Shown: in pieces, positions 1-13,700 of the stretch | Layout of the letters: each line of letters starts with the position of its first letter | Position numbering within the stretch: the first letter of the stretch is position 1 | Source of the DNA: Octopus vulgaris | Lineage: Eukaryota | DNA: 64,000 nt | NCBI GenBank assembly: GCA_951406725.2 | Contig: OX597838.1 | Span: 28,148,001-28,212,000, forward strand | Direction of reading: 5' to 3' | The notes under the pieces: generated by a model | What the model was told of the DNA's origin: nothing | Database searches by the model: none | The model's input: the letters and a program-made list of their open reading frames with translations, nothing else | Translations under genes and position numbers: made by a program

Positions 1-350
1 TCCCCCCCCTTCCTCGCTGACTTATTTCTATGTCCATTCCACCCCCACCTCTCTTCCTCCTCTTCTTCCCTCCATCTAACTCTCTTTCCTTTCTTATCTC
101 TTTCTCCTGTTCACCCACCTCTTACTCCCCTCACTCTCCTCCCTTGCTCCCTCTCTCCTTTATCTCCTACCTTACTCCCTCTCTCCTCTCCCTCTCCTCC
201 TTTCTCCCCTCTCTTTTCCCCCTCTTACATGTACCCCTGCCTTTCTGCTACTACTGTGACCTCTCCTCTCTATCATTTATCTTACATCCATCATTTCCTC
301 CTACTACTTACTGTCTTCCTACTCCCTCTATACCTCATTGCTTCACACTT
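1..350. repeat. C/T-rich low-complexity tract
   Basis: Strongly pyrimidine-biased on +. Confidence 0.85.
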
Positions 351-567
351 TTTTATGAACTTCCTCAGTAATGACCAAAACTCATCATCATTCTAATTAT
401 TTAACTGAAACAGTATCATATCCCCAACATACATGCCTGGAAACCACGTGGTTTCGGGTTCAATCCCACACTGTGGCACCATGGGTATATGCTTCTTAGC
501 ATGACCTGGAGTCAGCCAGAAGTGTTGTGGATGGAATTCTTGCGAGATGGACGGGTGATAGACTTAA

Positions 568-787
568 CCCTTTAGCATTCACCTTACTCTGTCAAATGCT
601 TATTTATTCCCATAGTTTTGAATTTTTTTCAGGCATTATCTTGTAGCTTTGAGATTTTGATCAGGTAACCTATTTATTTTTGGAATAACCTTGTAGGATT
701 GGTGTGAGAGGCCAGAACAGATTTTGGTTTGAACATAAAACGGGTAGAATTTTTTGGCTGGATATGGCTGGTTTAAATACTAAAGGG
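568..787. mobile_element. piggyBac-type MITE
   Basis: TTAA|CCCTTTAG..CTAAAGGG|TTAA; related copies at 31310-31530 and about 60498-60710. Confidence 0.78.
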
Positions 788-974
788 TTAATCAGTGGAT
801 GGTTTAACACCATCACCACTTTGGCCCCTTGGGTGTCTTTAGCAGAGTGGATCCTCTACAGCAGTGCTACTCAAAGTGGTGGTCCATGGACCGGCGCCGA
901 TCTACGAGCCATCAGCTACCAGTATGTGGCGAGTTTCCAGAAAAGAAAGAAACATTATAAAATGCTTATGTAAT

Positions 975-1170
975 ATTCTTTTCTACTCTAGGCACAAGGC
1001 CCGAAATTTTGGGGGAGAGGGCCAGTGGATTAGATCGACCCCAACATGCAACTGGTACTTAATTTATCGACCCCGAAAGGATGAAAGGCAAAGTTGACCT
1101 CGGCAGAATTTGAACTCAGAACATAAAGACAGGTCATCCAGTGTGCTAATGTTTCTGCCAGCTCACCAAC
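975..1170 (-). mobile_element. SINE family B (tRNA head plus GTCGACTTTGCCTTTCATCC core)
   Basis: Flanked by direct repeat TAAAATGCTTAT; other copies at about 11447, 28611, 30727, 48773 and 61595. Confidence 0.8.
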
Positions 1171-2145
1171 TTAAAATGCTTATTGTATTATTTGTTTACA
1201 AAATAAGAGATAAAAAAAATTGTTAACTTCTATTATATTCATTATATATATTACGGAGATGTACTTGCATAGCGAGTGACTTGATCTGAGATCGTGTGCT
1301 GGAACGAAAACAACTGCAGCGTGGAAGTTGTTTATAAGCCATTTAAGAAACACACAATATAGGTGCTACCCTGCTCTCTTAGTCACTATTAGTGACAATT
1401 GAATTTTTCCTTTTTGGTTTTATATTGTCTAGACACCATTGTTATTTTCTATAAATAAATATTTACACTGACACACACACACTCAGGTATATGTAAAAAT
1501 GTCTGGCTTTAGGGAAATATTTCCTTAGAAATAGGTGAAGGCTGGTGACAGGAAGGGTATCCAACCATAGAAAAAATCCTACCTCAACAAATTCCCTGCT
1601 ACCCATGCAAGCATGGAAAAGTGGATATCTGGTGATGAGGATTTTATACATATATATATATATATATATATAAATCAAATGGAAATTGTAGTTAAGACAC
1701 CTGTGCTGGTGACACGTAAAAAGGCACCGTCCGAACGTGGCAGATGCCAGATCACCGTCCAAACGTGGCAGATGCCAGTGCCGCCTGACTGGCGTCCATG
1801 TCGGTGACATGCAAAAGCACCAACCGATCGTGGCTGTTTGCCAGCCTACTCTGGCCCCTGTGCCGGTGGTACGTAAAAAGACACCCACTACACTCACAAA
1901 GTGGTTGGCGTTAGGAAGGGCATCCAGCTGTAGAAACACTGCCAAATCAGACTAGAGCCTGGTGCAGCCTCCATGGCTTCCCAGACCCCAGTCGAACCGT
2001 CCAACCCATGCTAGCATGAAAAACGGACGTTAAATGATGATGATGATATAAATATAAATAAAATTATTTTTTTGTGTTTTTTTCTCTTTCTTGCTTGACT
2101 TTCTCTCTCACTCTCATTTTCTTTATCTTTCACTTCCTCTCCATA

Positions 2146-2182
<37 letters not shown>

Positions 2183-3632
2183 TCAATTAAATTCATTGGT
2201 AATTAAATAGAAGAAACTGGTGAACAATGAAGTTACACACTTACGTTTCTCAGCAGACTGAAACAAAGTTTAAAGAGTATTGAGGCGTATGGAGGTGAAT
2301 GAGAGGGACACAGTTTCATTTCATTTTGTTACACACACACACACACGCATATCACACACGTGTGAGTACATGCATGAGCACACATGCATAAGCACACATC
2401 CATGAACAAGCACATGCATAAACATGCATTAACACACACACATGCATTAACACATGCATGAACACACATGTATAAACACACATGTATGAACACACATGCA
2501 TGAACACACATGCATAAATACACATAATCATGCATTAACACATGCATGCATGAACACACATATGCATGAACACACACACACACACACACACATGAACACA
2601 CATACACATGTGACACCTTTGCGCCTCTCAGGCAGCAACCCTCCAACCCATGGGTCTGTTTGGGCAGTCATTGCTGGTGAGGGGTTTTTTGAGGTCAGAG
2701 TGCAAATCCTACCTCAGCCTCTTTCAGTTGCTTGTTACCCTTTTTAGGACATGCAGAGGAAATGGTTTGGTCTATTCTTTGACATGCCAGTCCTCACTCA
2801 GTACATAAATTGCTATTAATTAATTAGGCTATTACACCCCTGTGTTGGGTGGGGTGGGGTGAGGTGGGCCATCGGCACCTATCTTGTGTGTCCATTCCTT
2901 ACGAATGGGGCCACTAATTTTTTTTTCTAGCAAATGGACCTACATAGAGGCTTGTCTTGGATCATGTTGGCTTGCTGGCTGGCTGGTGGGCTCTGCTGCT
3001 TGTTGAGGGTGGTGATGGTGATGGGAGCTTGCCTGGCTATGGGAGAAGAAATGTTACAATTTAGGCTATTGGGTTTACAAACATCATCACCACCACCACC
3101 ACCACCATAGCTACTGCTGTGCCTGCTCATGGCCATTAACGGTAGTGGAGGTGGTGGTGGTGGTTGTGAAGAAGTCCTTACTTCTCTTATAACATCATAT
3201 GGTGTTTATTTAACAGCCTGGAGTATGTTGCCCTTCCTCCCATGTCCACCACCTCCTACACATCACACCTCTGCATTTGCTCAGTTAAATACATCAAGAC
3301 TGTCAACATTGACACACACACACACCACCCTACAACATTCCCCATCACCCGCTAGTTCTTGTGGATAGTGGGGATGAGTGGGGGGAACTCCCATATTTGA
3401 GGGTGCAGAGAGGACAAGGGGTGAGAGGGTTTTCGGAGGGGTGGGGAGATAGATAGGGGTGTTGGTAGGAATAAGGTGCTTTGGTTATATACTGCAGTCA
3501 GATATCAATCAGTGTGTTTATTACACACACACACACACACACACAGATGGAGAGAGTGGTGGTGTGTGTGTGTGTGTGTGTGCATATGATGTGTCTGTAT
3601 GTGCATAGTTGCATGTATGCGTGTGTATTTGC

Positions 3633-3665
<33 letters not shown>

Positions 3666-3990
3666 TGTGTGTGTGTTGTGTGCATTAATGAATGTGATAA
3701 AAACCTGGAACCAACTGTGTGTAATGACATCTGAAGTGTGCTCTGAGGAGTGGTGTGTGTTTGTAGGGGGGGGAATTGATGGTGGTAAATAGGCAGGGGT
3801 CAGGTCAGTTAAGCTGTTGATGTAAAGGGATAATATCGTAAGGGCTGTAGGGAGGCTGTATGGGGATTGTAGGGAGAGAGAGCCAGAAATTGAGTGAGGG
3901 AGATAACAGATGATAGATTATTTTGGGGGATATTTCAACCTCTGCATTTCTTGATTTGCTAGATAAAAGAGTCTTTGAAGTACTGCATGG

Positions 3991-3991
3991 A

Positions 3992-4027
<36 letters not shown>

Positions 4028-4113
4028 AAGAGAGTGTGTGTGAGTGAGAGAGTGTGTGTGAGTGAGAGAGTGTGTGTGTGTGAGAGAGACTGTGTGTGTG
4101 TGAGAGAGAGACA

Positions 4114-4144
<31 letters not shown>

Positions 4145-5398
4145 AGACAGTGTCTGTGTCTATGTGTGAGAGACAGTGTGTGTGTGTGTCTGTGAGAGAG
4201 AGACAGTGTGTGTGTATGTGAGAGACAGAGAGTGTGTGTGTATGTGAGAGACAGAGAGTGTGTGTGTATGTGAGAGACAGTGTGTGTATGTGAGAGACAG
4301 TGTGTGTGTGTGTGAGAGACAGAGAGTGTGTGTCTGTATGTGTGAGAGACAGTGTGTGTCTGTGAGAGAGAGACAGAGAGTGTGTGTGTATGTGAGAGAC
4401 AGTGTGTGTGTATGTGGAAGCACTGCATGAGTGTGTGTGTGTGTGTATGTGAGAGACAGAGTGTGTATGTGTCTGTGAGAGACAGTGTGTGTGTATCTAT
4501 GAGAGACGGAGAGTGTGTGTGTGTCTGTGAGAGACAGTGTGTGTGTCTGTGAGAGACAGAGAGTGTGTGTGTGTCTGTGAGAGATATAGTGTGTGTGTGT
4601 GTGTGTCTGTGAGAGATATAGAGTGTGTGTGTGTGTGTGTGTCTGTGAGAGACAGTGTGTGTGTATGTGAGAGACAGTGTGTGTGTATGTGAGAGACAGT
4701 GTGTGTGTGTGTGTGAGAGAGAGTGTGTGTGTGTCTGTGAGAGACAGTGTGTGTGTGTCTGAGAGAGAGAGAGTGTGTGTGTCTGTGAGAGACAGAGTGT
4801 GTGTGTGTGTCTGTGAGAGACAGTGTGTGTGTGTCTGTGAGAGACTGTGTGTGTGTGTCTGTGAGAGACAGAGAGTGTGTGTGTCTGTGAGAGACAGAGA
4901 GTGTGTGTGTCTGTGAGAGACAGTGTGTGTGTGTCTGTGAGAGACAGAGAGTGTGTGTGTGTGTCTGAGAGACAGAGAGTGTGTGTGTGTGAGAGACAGA
5001 GAGTGTGTGTGTCTGTGAGAGACAGTGTGTGTGTGTCTGTGAGAGACAGTGTGTGTGTGTGTGAGAGACAGAGAGTGTGTGTGTGTGTCTGTGAGAGACA
5101 GAGAGTGTGTGTGTCTGTGAGAGACAGAGAGTGTGTGTGTCTGTGAGAGACAGAGAGTGTGTGTGTCTGTGAGAGACAGAGTGTGTGTATATGTGGGAGA
5201 CAGAGAATGTGTGTGTATGTGAGAGGCAGAGAGTGTGTGTATGTGAGAGGCAGAGAGTGTGTGTGTGAGAGAGACAGTGTGTGTGTGTGTATGTGAGAGA
5301 CAGAGAGTGTGTGTGTCTGTGAGTGCATGTCTAAGTGAGTGTGTGTGCGTGTGAGTGAGTGTGTGCGTGTGTGAGAGAGCAAGAGAAAGTATGTGTGT
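3991..5398. repeat. 1.4-kb compound (GT)n/(GA)n satellite built from GAGAGACA(GA)(GT)n units
   Basis: Directly visible; source of the spurious His/Thr and Cys/Val ORFs. Confidence 0.95.
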
Positions 5399-5574
5399 GA
5401 ATTGGTTCATATTTACTTCTTCAATCTTTCCAATTCCTAAGAATACACTTATTTTGAAAAGGCTTTTTTCCCTTTTGAAACCAGAATGCTAATCACTCTG
5501 GTCTGTACTCCAACCCTGTACATCCACTTAGTGACTCTCCTTCATCAATCCTTTAGCATGTCTGGTTGAGTCCA

Positions 5575-5617
5575 TGCTTCACTGAGGAGGTCTAATAAGA
5601 CTGAAAGCATCTAGAGT
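5575..5617 (+). ncRNA. Possible decayed hammerhead motif
   Basis: CTGAGGA-GGTC-TAATAA-GACT-GAAA-GCATC; weak stem I and III. Confidence 0.4.
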
Positions 5618-6663
5618 TATCTCTTGTACTTGTTGAGCTGTGTAAAATATTATAACAGTGATTTCAAATTTTGGCACAAGGCCAGCAATTTCAGGGGTGG
5701 GTGGGTGGTTTCAGGGTCAGTTATATTAACTCCAGTACTCAACTGGTACTTATATTATTGACTCCAATAGGATGAAAGGCAAAGACGACATCGGCAGGAT
5801 TTGATCTCAGAGTGACAAGGGACCGAGACTCCTGGCAGTTTGCTGTGTTTGAAAAGACCCGTCAAGCTCAGTAAAAGCATGGTTGCCCTTGCATTTAGGC
5901 TCGTCCCCTGCAACCGCAACCCTCTCCAGCTGAGCATCCCTAACCTTGCAGGCTTGTAGGTGCTGGTGCCACATAGAAAGCACAAACATGCACAAAAGAA
6001 ACTCTTTACAGGTCGTTCAGCCTGCTAAAAATAGCATCTAAACTCCTCTCAGAGCAGTCCTTTATGTGTCCAAAACATTTCAACAAGTTTGTCCGAAACA
6101 TCCATGCTTGGTTTCGTACTTTTATTTCGCCCTTGTTTCTTAAGTTCTGAGTACTATAAAGCGTTCCTTTCGTATGTCCCAAGTTCTTCTGGCGGTTGAA
6201 AAGTAATTCGGAATATTTATCCTACATGATGCATGGATGATGCCAGGGAAATATATCCAGTGCATCACATGTGGTACACGGGACATGCAAAGGGTTAAAT
6301 AAATTAAGCTACATTGGACAGTGTAACCATTGATATTTAAACAGATGAGATGGCCACAACAGGATTGTCTGCAATCATAAGTCCTGTTCAACAATGGCTA
6401 ATCTGAAGCTAAACACACACACACACAGAGGATGTAATAGAATGCATAGTGTGTATATGTATTCTTTCATTATATCCTTTTTTGTCAGTTTGTCTTGTGT
6501 TTTGTGTCTTTTGAGCCTTTCTCATGAAGTTAAAACAGGTGTTGAACATTTTTTAGAATGTCCAGAAAAATCACTATATTCCAACATGTTGAAATGGTTA
6601 ATTTTCCTGCAGGTATTGATATTAGAACAGTTTTTTACAAATTTATACTATTTGGGAGTTATA

Positions 6664-6875
6664 TACTCTTTTACTCTTTTACTTGTTTCAGTCATTTGAC
6701 TGTGGCCATGCTGGAGCACCACCTTCTAGTCGAGCAAATCGACCCCGGGACTTATTCTTTGTAAGTCCAGTACTAATTCTGTCGGTCTCTTTTGCCGAAC
6801 CGCTAAGTGACGGGGACGTAAACACACCAGCATCGGTTGTCAAGCAATGCCAGGGGGACAAACACAGACACACAA

Positions 6876-6908
<33 letters not shown>

Positions 6909-7082
6909 CACATATATACGACAGGCTTCTTTCAGTTTCCGTCTACCAAATCCACTCACAAGGCATTGGTCGGCCCGGGGCTATAGCAGAAGACACTTGC
7001 CCAAGATGCCACGCAGTGAGACTGAACCCGGAACCATGTGGTTGGTTAGCAAGCTACCTACCACACAGCCACTCCTGCACCT
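6664..7082 (-). mobile_element. tRNA-derived SINE family A (internal TA/TG microsatellite, GTAAAAGA tail)
   Basis: pol III A/B-box head; high identity to at least 9 other copies in the window. Confidence 0.88.
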
Positions 7083-7649
7083 ATAACATATTTTTCTTGA
7101 AAATGTCACATATATTTTCATGCTGCATATGTTACGCCAGGTAAATGAGAATTGTCACCACAGACGTTATTGTCCAGTAAACAACATTGACATTTTTTTT
7201 TGTAAATTTCGAGGCCATTATAGACAACCACCATGAGACTTTTTATGCTGCTCTGGAGGAATTCAAAAAGATTTGCAGTTAATATTTTCACATGAAAAAT
7301 AGTTATTTTGTTTAGTGTCACATTTGTCACACTTTTTGGATTCTCTTCAAAATATTCGTCAGACATCCCAGGTGAAAAAAAAAAAAATTTGTTTAATGCT
7401 TGTCTGGGTAGACAAACTTTATTCCGGAAATTGAATCAATATAATTCTTGCAAATGTTCAAGATATACAGCTTAGATTAGCTCATGCTTGGTGTCTCTGA
7501 TACGTCTATAAACAAACACACACACACACAGGTAGATACTTTTTTTATATTCTTTCTCTCAATATTTGATAGAATTTGTCATTCAATCTTTGACTGTATT
7601 TTTCTAAAGATTATTTTCAATATTATTTTTTTTTTTTTTGTTACAACAG

Positions 7650-7775
7650 GCAGTTGTTATGGAAGGTAAATATTGGAAACGAAGGCTCGAGTCAGTTACT
7701 GGAGAATACAAAAGCTGGCGTAAGTTTTCGAAAAACCAAATCACTCGTGCGCGACGAAACTCTACCACATCCAAA
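7650..7775 (+). CDS. MLXIP: Mondo exon (MCR IV region) AVVMEGKYWKRRLESVTGEYKSWRKFSKNQITRARRNSTTSK
   Basis: poly-T..acag acceptor, gtaagt donor, 126 nt, phase 0/0, conserved Mondo motif. Confidence 0.95.
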
Positions 7776-10700
7776 GTAAGTCTTTGTTGTTGTTGATGTA
7801 ATTGTTGATGTTGTCTGTGCTGAGGTACAAGCTGTCATTTGTTCAACTCAAACATTTATTAAACAGGAAAAAACAATCTGTATGCTAGATCAGGGTAGAG
7901 AACTTTTTTAGATTTTATATACAGGCATGGCTGTGTGGTGATGTAGCTTGCTTTGCAATCCTGTGGTTTCAGGTTCAGTCCCATTGCACAGCAACTTAGG
8001 CAAGTTTCTTCTACTAATCCTTTCTACTCAAAGCACAAGACCTCAGATTTGTTGGGAGGGGACTAGTCGATTACATTGACCCCAGTTTTTCACTGATACT
8101 TAATTTATCGACCCCGAAAGGATGAAAGGCAAATTCAACTGTGGCAGAATTTGAACTCAGAACATAGCGACATAAACAATGTCGCCCTGACTTGTGCCTT
8201 GGAGGGTAACTTTCTTGATGCAATCCCATGGTCATTCATGACTGAAGAGGGTCTTTACCCTTTACCCTTACTCTCTGTAGTAGGATTGGTGTTAGGAAGG
8301 GCATCTGGGCCATAGAAACCATACTAAAAATAGGAACCTATAAGCAAGATGTGGTCTTTTGACCTGTCTAGGAGAGAAATAACAGCAAAGAAAAACCGAT
8401 TCACATTATGACAACTCATCTGATTTGTACCAACATGGAAAGTGGACATAAAATACGGATGATGATAATGGTGATGGTAATATATATCAATTGGGTGGGG
8501 CAGACAGGAGAAACAGAATTCAAATTGTGTATATGCATGTGTATCAGTTGGGGTGACAAAGACCATCTTGTCATTTCTCAAAGGGGACTGACTTATTTGC
8601 CTGGTGGCTTTGTTTAAAGTGGAGTAGTGAGCTGTTAACCTCACTTTCTTGTCCATGACCGTCTTCAATCCAGTGGCAAGACCAGACCAAGATGACGAGG
8701 GATGGAGACCGATGCAGTGAATGATTAAGATGTCTTACCTCGTCTTGCTCTCTGCACTTGATGATGTGTTGCTGCAGCTGCTTTCCTTTCCGTTGAACCA
8801 CAAAGGTCACATCTACAGAGTTCCCTGGACCTGAACATCACATGCATAGTTTGAAACCCCTATATATGCTAAAACCCTAATATGCTGGGACCCTGACAAG
8901 TGCTACTACTTGGGTGAAAGTAGGCCTGGGAACAATAGTGGCTAAGATGTAGTTCCACATTCCTCAAAACTCTGGGGTTCCCAAACAGGGCCGCACTACC
9001 AGATCCAGTTTGAAGTCATACCCAGGACTCTGTGTGTGTGGGACACTCAACGTGGCACACATTGGGACTGAACCAGAATCATGTGGTTGGGAAGCAAACT
9101 TCTTACCACACAGCCAGGCCTAAACCTATGGTAATATAATTTCCTTAGTTTCTTGTATCTAAAATATGTAGCACTGCTGTCTACTTCTTAACCCTTTTGA
9201 TACCAACCCGCCTGAAACCGCCTCTGGCTCTCTAGTATAAATGTCTTGTTTTCAAAAGTTCTAAATTAAATTTTTCTACCAAACCTTAGTCACAATTTGT
9301 GCTCCTAACACTAGGTTAATGATAACTAAGTTATTTTACTAATTTCTTTGTTATATTTTAAATTAATTGAAAGAAACACAGGGCATCTCAACAGAAATAT
9401 GGTAATGAAAGGGTTAAAGGTCTTGTGACTCCAAGACGTAAAGCGATATGTCTTCCTTACCATGTTCTGTGTAAACCCTCCAAATACTTCAGAATTTACT
9501 GATCTAACCTGATCTTTTCCTTTTCTTTCAGGGCAGCTCCCAAAACAGTCTCTACGAGTGGGCCTTTCAGGGACTTAACGCCACAGAAAGCAACGACGCT
9601 TACAAAATTGAAGACATGGAGTTTTCTGATGCCCTTTTTTCACTTTCCCAACCATTTCCATTTCCCAACCCACGTGAACTGAGTAAGTACATTGCCAACG
9701 ATCGTGTATTGCATGTATATGATGTTGGTGATTAGTGTACAGAGTAAAGATGTGTGGTTTAGTGGTTAGGGTACTTGGCTCATGAGTGTAAGGCTGTCAG
9801 TTCAATACCCAGTGGCACATTTTGTCCTTGCACAAGACTCTTTATTTCACGTTGGTCCAGTCTACTCAGCTTGCAAAAATGAGTAGTGCCTATATTTCGA
9901 AAGGACCAGCCTTGTCACATCCTGTGTCATGCTGGATCTCTCTGAGAACTATGTATGGGTATGTTGTCTGTGGAGCGTTCAGCCACTTGCATGTTAATTT
10001 CATGAGCAGGCTGTTGTGTTGATTGGATCAGCTGGAACACTCATCGTCATAGCTGATGGAGTATTACTTTTTTTTTTCTTTTTGTTCCTGATAATACAGG
10101 ATGAAAGATGAGGTATCACATAAAAGGCAGTGCTGGTTCCACATACGAGGCACAGATGATGATGGTGCCATGTAAAAAGCACTGGTGCCACATAAAATGT
10201 ACAGGCAATAGTGCCATGTAAGAAGTACTGCTGTTGGTTGCACATGAAAAGCACCCAGTACACTCTGTAAAGCGGGTGGCATTCAGAAGGCCACCCAGCT
10301 GTGGAAACCCTGCCAAAACAGACAATGGAACCTGATGTGGTCCTTGGCCTTGCCAGCCCCTGTCAAACCATGCAACCCATCCCAGCATGGAAAACTGATA
10401 TTAAATGAGGATGATGATCCCTAGGGCTCATAAATGAGTAGTGCCTGTATTTCAAAAGGACCAGCCTTGTCACATCCTGTGTCATGCTGGATCTCTCTGA
10501 GAACTATGTTAAGGGTATGTTGTCTGTGGAACATTCAGCCACTTGCATGTTAATTTCATGAGCAGGTTGTTCTGTTGATTGGATCACCTGGAACACTCAT
10601 TGTCATGGCCGATGGTATATATACCATTTTCCATGGTATATAAATGGCCAAGATCACAACGTAGCTTTCACCATTTTCTAATTTCTTTTAACATTAAATT

Positions 10701-13700
10701 CTAATATAAATGTAATCTTTGCCATCTGAAAGGTATTTGTAGAAAATTTCATTAAAACGCATCCATTTTTCTGAGAGTTGTATGAGGAAACCGTGTTGGT
10801 GGGGTACACTTGATGTGCCTTCAGGAACTTGGGTACATGTGTGTATATTACATGTTAGCGACTTGGATGTGTGTGTATTAGAAACTGTTCTGAAGTTGGC
10901 ATTTGTTTGTTGTTATTGTGTTTTCAGTGCAAACTGGTTACGTTGATTTGATCCAGCCAGTGTTGATGCAACTCCAACCCAACTTAGAAGATTTCATGGA
11001 TACCATGGAACCAATGCAGCGTAAGTTTGCAGCTCTCTATTTCCTCCTCCTCCTCATCATCATCACCATCATCACCACCACCATCCTCTTCCCCCTCAGC
11101 TTCCTCTTCCTCCTCCTCTTCCTCTTCCTCCTCTTCCTCCTCCCCTTCCTCCTCTTCTTCCTCCCCTTCCTCCTCCTCTTCCTCCTCTTCCTCCCCTCCC
11201 CCTCCTCTTCCTCCTCTTCCTCCCCCTCCTCCTCCTCCCTCACACCATTCTGTATCTACCAAAACTTCTGCTTCCCCCTCTTCATAACTATCTTTTGTGC
11301 CTTTTATTTTTTATCACTCGTTTCAGTCATTGGACTGTGGCCATGCTGGAGGCACCACCTTGAAGAGTTTGGCCCAGGAGTTCTCAAACGCCCCCTCCCC
11401 CCATTTTTTCTTGATCTGTAGACCCCTTTGATTACTATTTTAAGACAAAGGGATTAAGTTGGTTATATCTACCCCAGTGCGCAACTGGTACTTAATTTAT
11501 CGACCCTGAAAGGATGAAAGGCGAAGTCGACCTCGGCGGAATTTGAACTCAGAACATAACGGCAGATGAAATACCGCTAAGCATTTCACCCAGCATGCTA
11601 ACGTTTCTGCCAGCTCTGGGGTAGCCAAGTATCTCTCCTACAGCAAGCCCTCTAACTCTATTCCTCTATTCTACTTCAGCCTCTCAAGTGGCACAAAGCC
11701 ACCTCCCTCTGTACCTCTTCCAGCTGAGGGTCTTTGTCTTGCGAGTTATTTGTTGACCCTGCCAGTGCTGGTGCTTTGTAAAAAGCACCACTACATACTG
11801 TAAAGCGGTTGGCATTAGGAAGGGCATCCAACTGTAGAAACTATGCCAGAGAGTCTGGTGCAGTTGTCTGGCTTGCCAGCGTCAAACTGCCAAGATTCAG
11901 TGATGTAAACAAACCAACACCAACTTCTGAGTAGTTGGGTGCGGAATACAAACATGCAGGCACACATGCGCACATATACCTCTCCGTGCATACACATATA
12001 GGTGCAGGAGTGGCTGTGTGGTAAGTAGCTTGTTTACCAACCACATGGTTCCGGGTTCAGTCCCACTGCGTGGGATCTTGGGCAAGTGTCTTCTGCTATA
12101 GCCTCTGGCCAACCAAAGCCTTGTGAGTGGATTTGGTAGATGGAAACTGAAAGAAGCCCGTCGTGTGTGTGTGTGAGTGTGTGTATGTTTGTGTGTCTGT
12201 GTTTGTCCCCCTAGCATTGCTTGACAACTGATACTGGTGTGTTTATGTCCCCGTCACTTAGTGGTTCGGCAAGAAGAGACCGATAGAATAAGTACTGGGC
12301 ATACAAAGAATAAGTCCCGGGGTCGAGTTGCTCGATTAAAAGGCGGTGCTCCAGCATGGCCACAGTCAAATGACTGAAACAAGTAAAAGAGTAAAGAGTA
12401 ATACAGTCTGCTTCCACAAAGTTTCCACCTGCCAAATTCACAATTGGTCGGCCCGAGGCTATAATAGAAGACACATGGCCAATGTGCTGTACAGTGGGAC
12501 TGAACCTGAAACCATGTCGAGGAAAAAAAAAACAAAAAAACTTCTTAACCACCCTGCCATACAATATTTCTGAATTTCTTAATGGTTGATCATTAATTGT
12601 TATAATTGAAACATTTGTATTGTTTTATTCATTTTCTTTACCTTAATTTCTGAATTTCAGTGTTCTCTGATATATTTAAGTCCCAAAACATGCCGACTTC
12701 TACAGTCACTTCTTATCAGGTAAATACATAATATATATACATATCTTTGTTTTAATTCTTAACCCCTTACCCAACAATTATTTTGAAAATAAATGTATTT
12801 TTTCAGACATGTTTTTTAATTGTTTTATTTTACTATGTTTTGAATGGTGATTTCGAGGTATATTTCAAACCTTATTTATTATGAATTTTAATTCAATAAT
12901 ATTGATTTTAAATTACGGCATTGGGCAGAAACGAGTTAACCCGTTTTTAGACGAAGGAACTCGTTTGCTGTCGATTTTTGCGAGTCTATCTTTTGACGAG
13001 TTAACTCACCAGAGATGGAAAAAAACGATTTCGGTCAAAACGCATATATTCGTTTCTGCCGGGTAAGGGGTTAATTTCTTTTTTTTTTTTTAGTATCCTA
13101 TGCAGATATATATGTTGTTCTGTTGTTGTGCTATCATCACCATCGTTATTTTTGTTTTTCCATCTGGGCGTTGATTGAATGTGAGTTGTTCAGGCAATAT
13201 TCTGCAACCAGATGATGTCTTCCCTTTTAAATCCTTATTTGCTTTTTTAAGCATTAATTTGATTCCACTGGCATACACAGTGTATGTGTGTGTGTATATT
13301 TTTTTTACTTGATATTGTACATTGCTCCGATGGATGTGTAATGTCAGTGTGCATACTCGACAGAGTGTAAGTACCTTGAGAGAAAAGTTGGACCTAAGAA
13401 GCATCAGATGTTATGTGCAAGAGAGACGACTGCGCTGGTATGGTCATGTGGCAAGAATGGATGAGGATAGCTGTGTGAAAAAGTGCCACGCCCTTGCAGT
13501 TGAGGGAATCTGTGGAAGAGGTAGACCCAGGAAGACCTGGGATGAAGTGGTGAAGCACAACCTTCGGACATTAGGCCTCACCGAGGCAATGACTAGTGAC
13601 CGAGACTTTTGGAAATATGCTGTACTTGAGAAGACCTGGCAAACCAAGTGAGACCATAACCTCGTGGCCTATGCCAGGGGTGTAACCAGCCCACTTATGC

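Noticed and set aside
445-452. CACGTG E-box as an autoregulatory ChoRE
   Set aside because: A single E-box within a SINE head remnant, with no second box at 5-nt spacing.
704-973. YQYV..KRKK as an upstream Mondo MCR III exon
   Set aside because: Overlaps a MITE and a hAT-like end (CAGTGCTACTCAAAGTG at 862); no NNAIWR motif and no good splice sites.
2340-2610. Cluster of TGCATG (RBFOX) motifs
   Set aside because: Arises in a decayed (CA)n/CATG microsatellite far from any identified exon.
3805-5410. 525-aa and 416-aa His/Thr-rich ORFs
   Set aside because: Translation of a dinucleotide satellite.
10984-11287. Poly-Glu, poly-Ser and Arg/Lys ORFs
   Set aside because: (CCT)n intronic tract after the 11020 donor.
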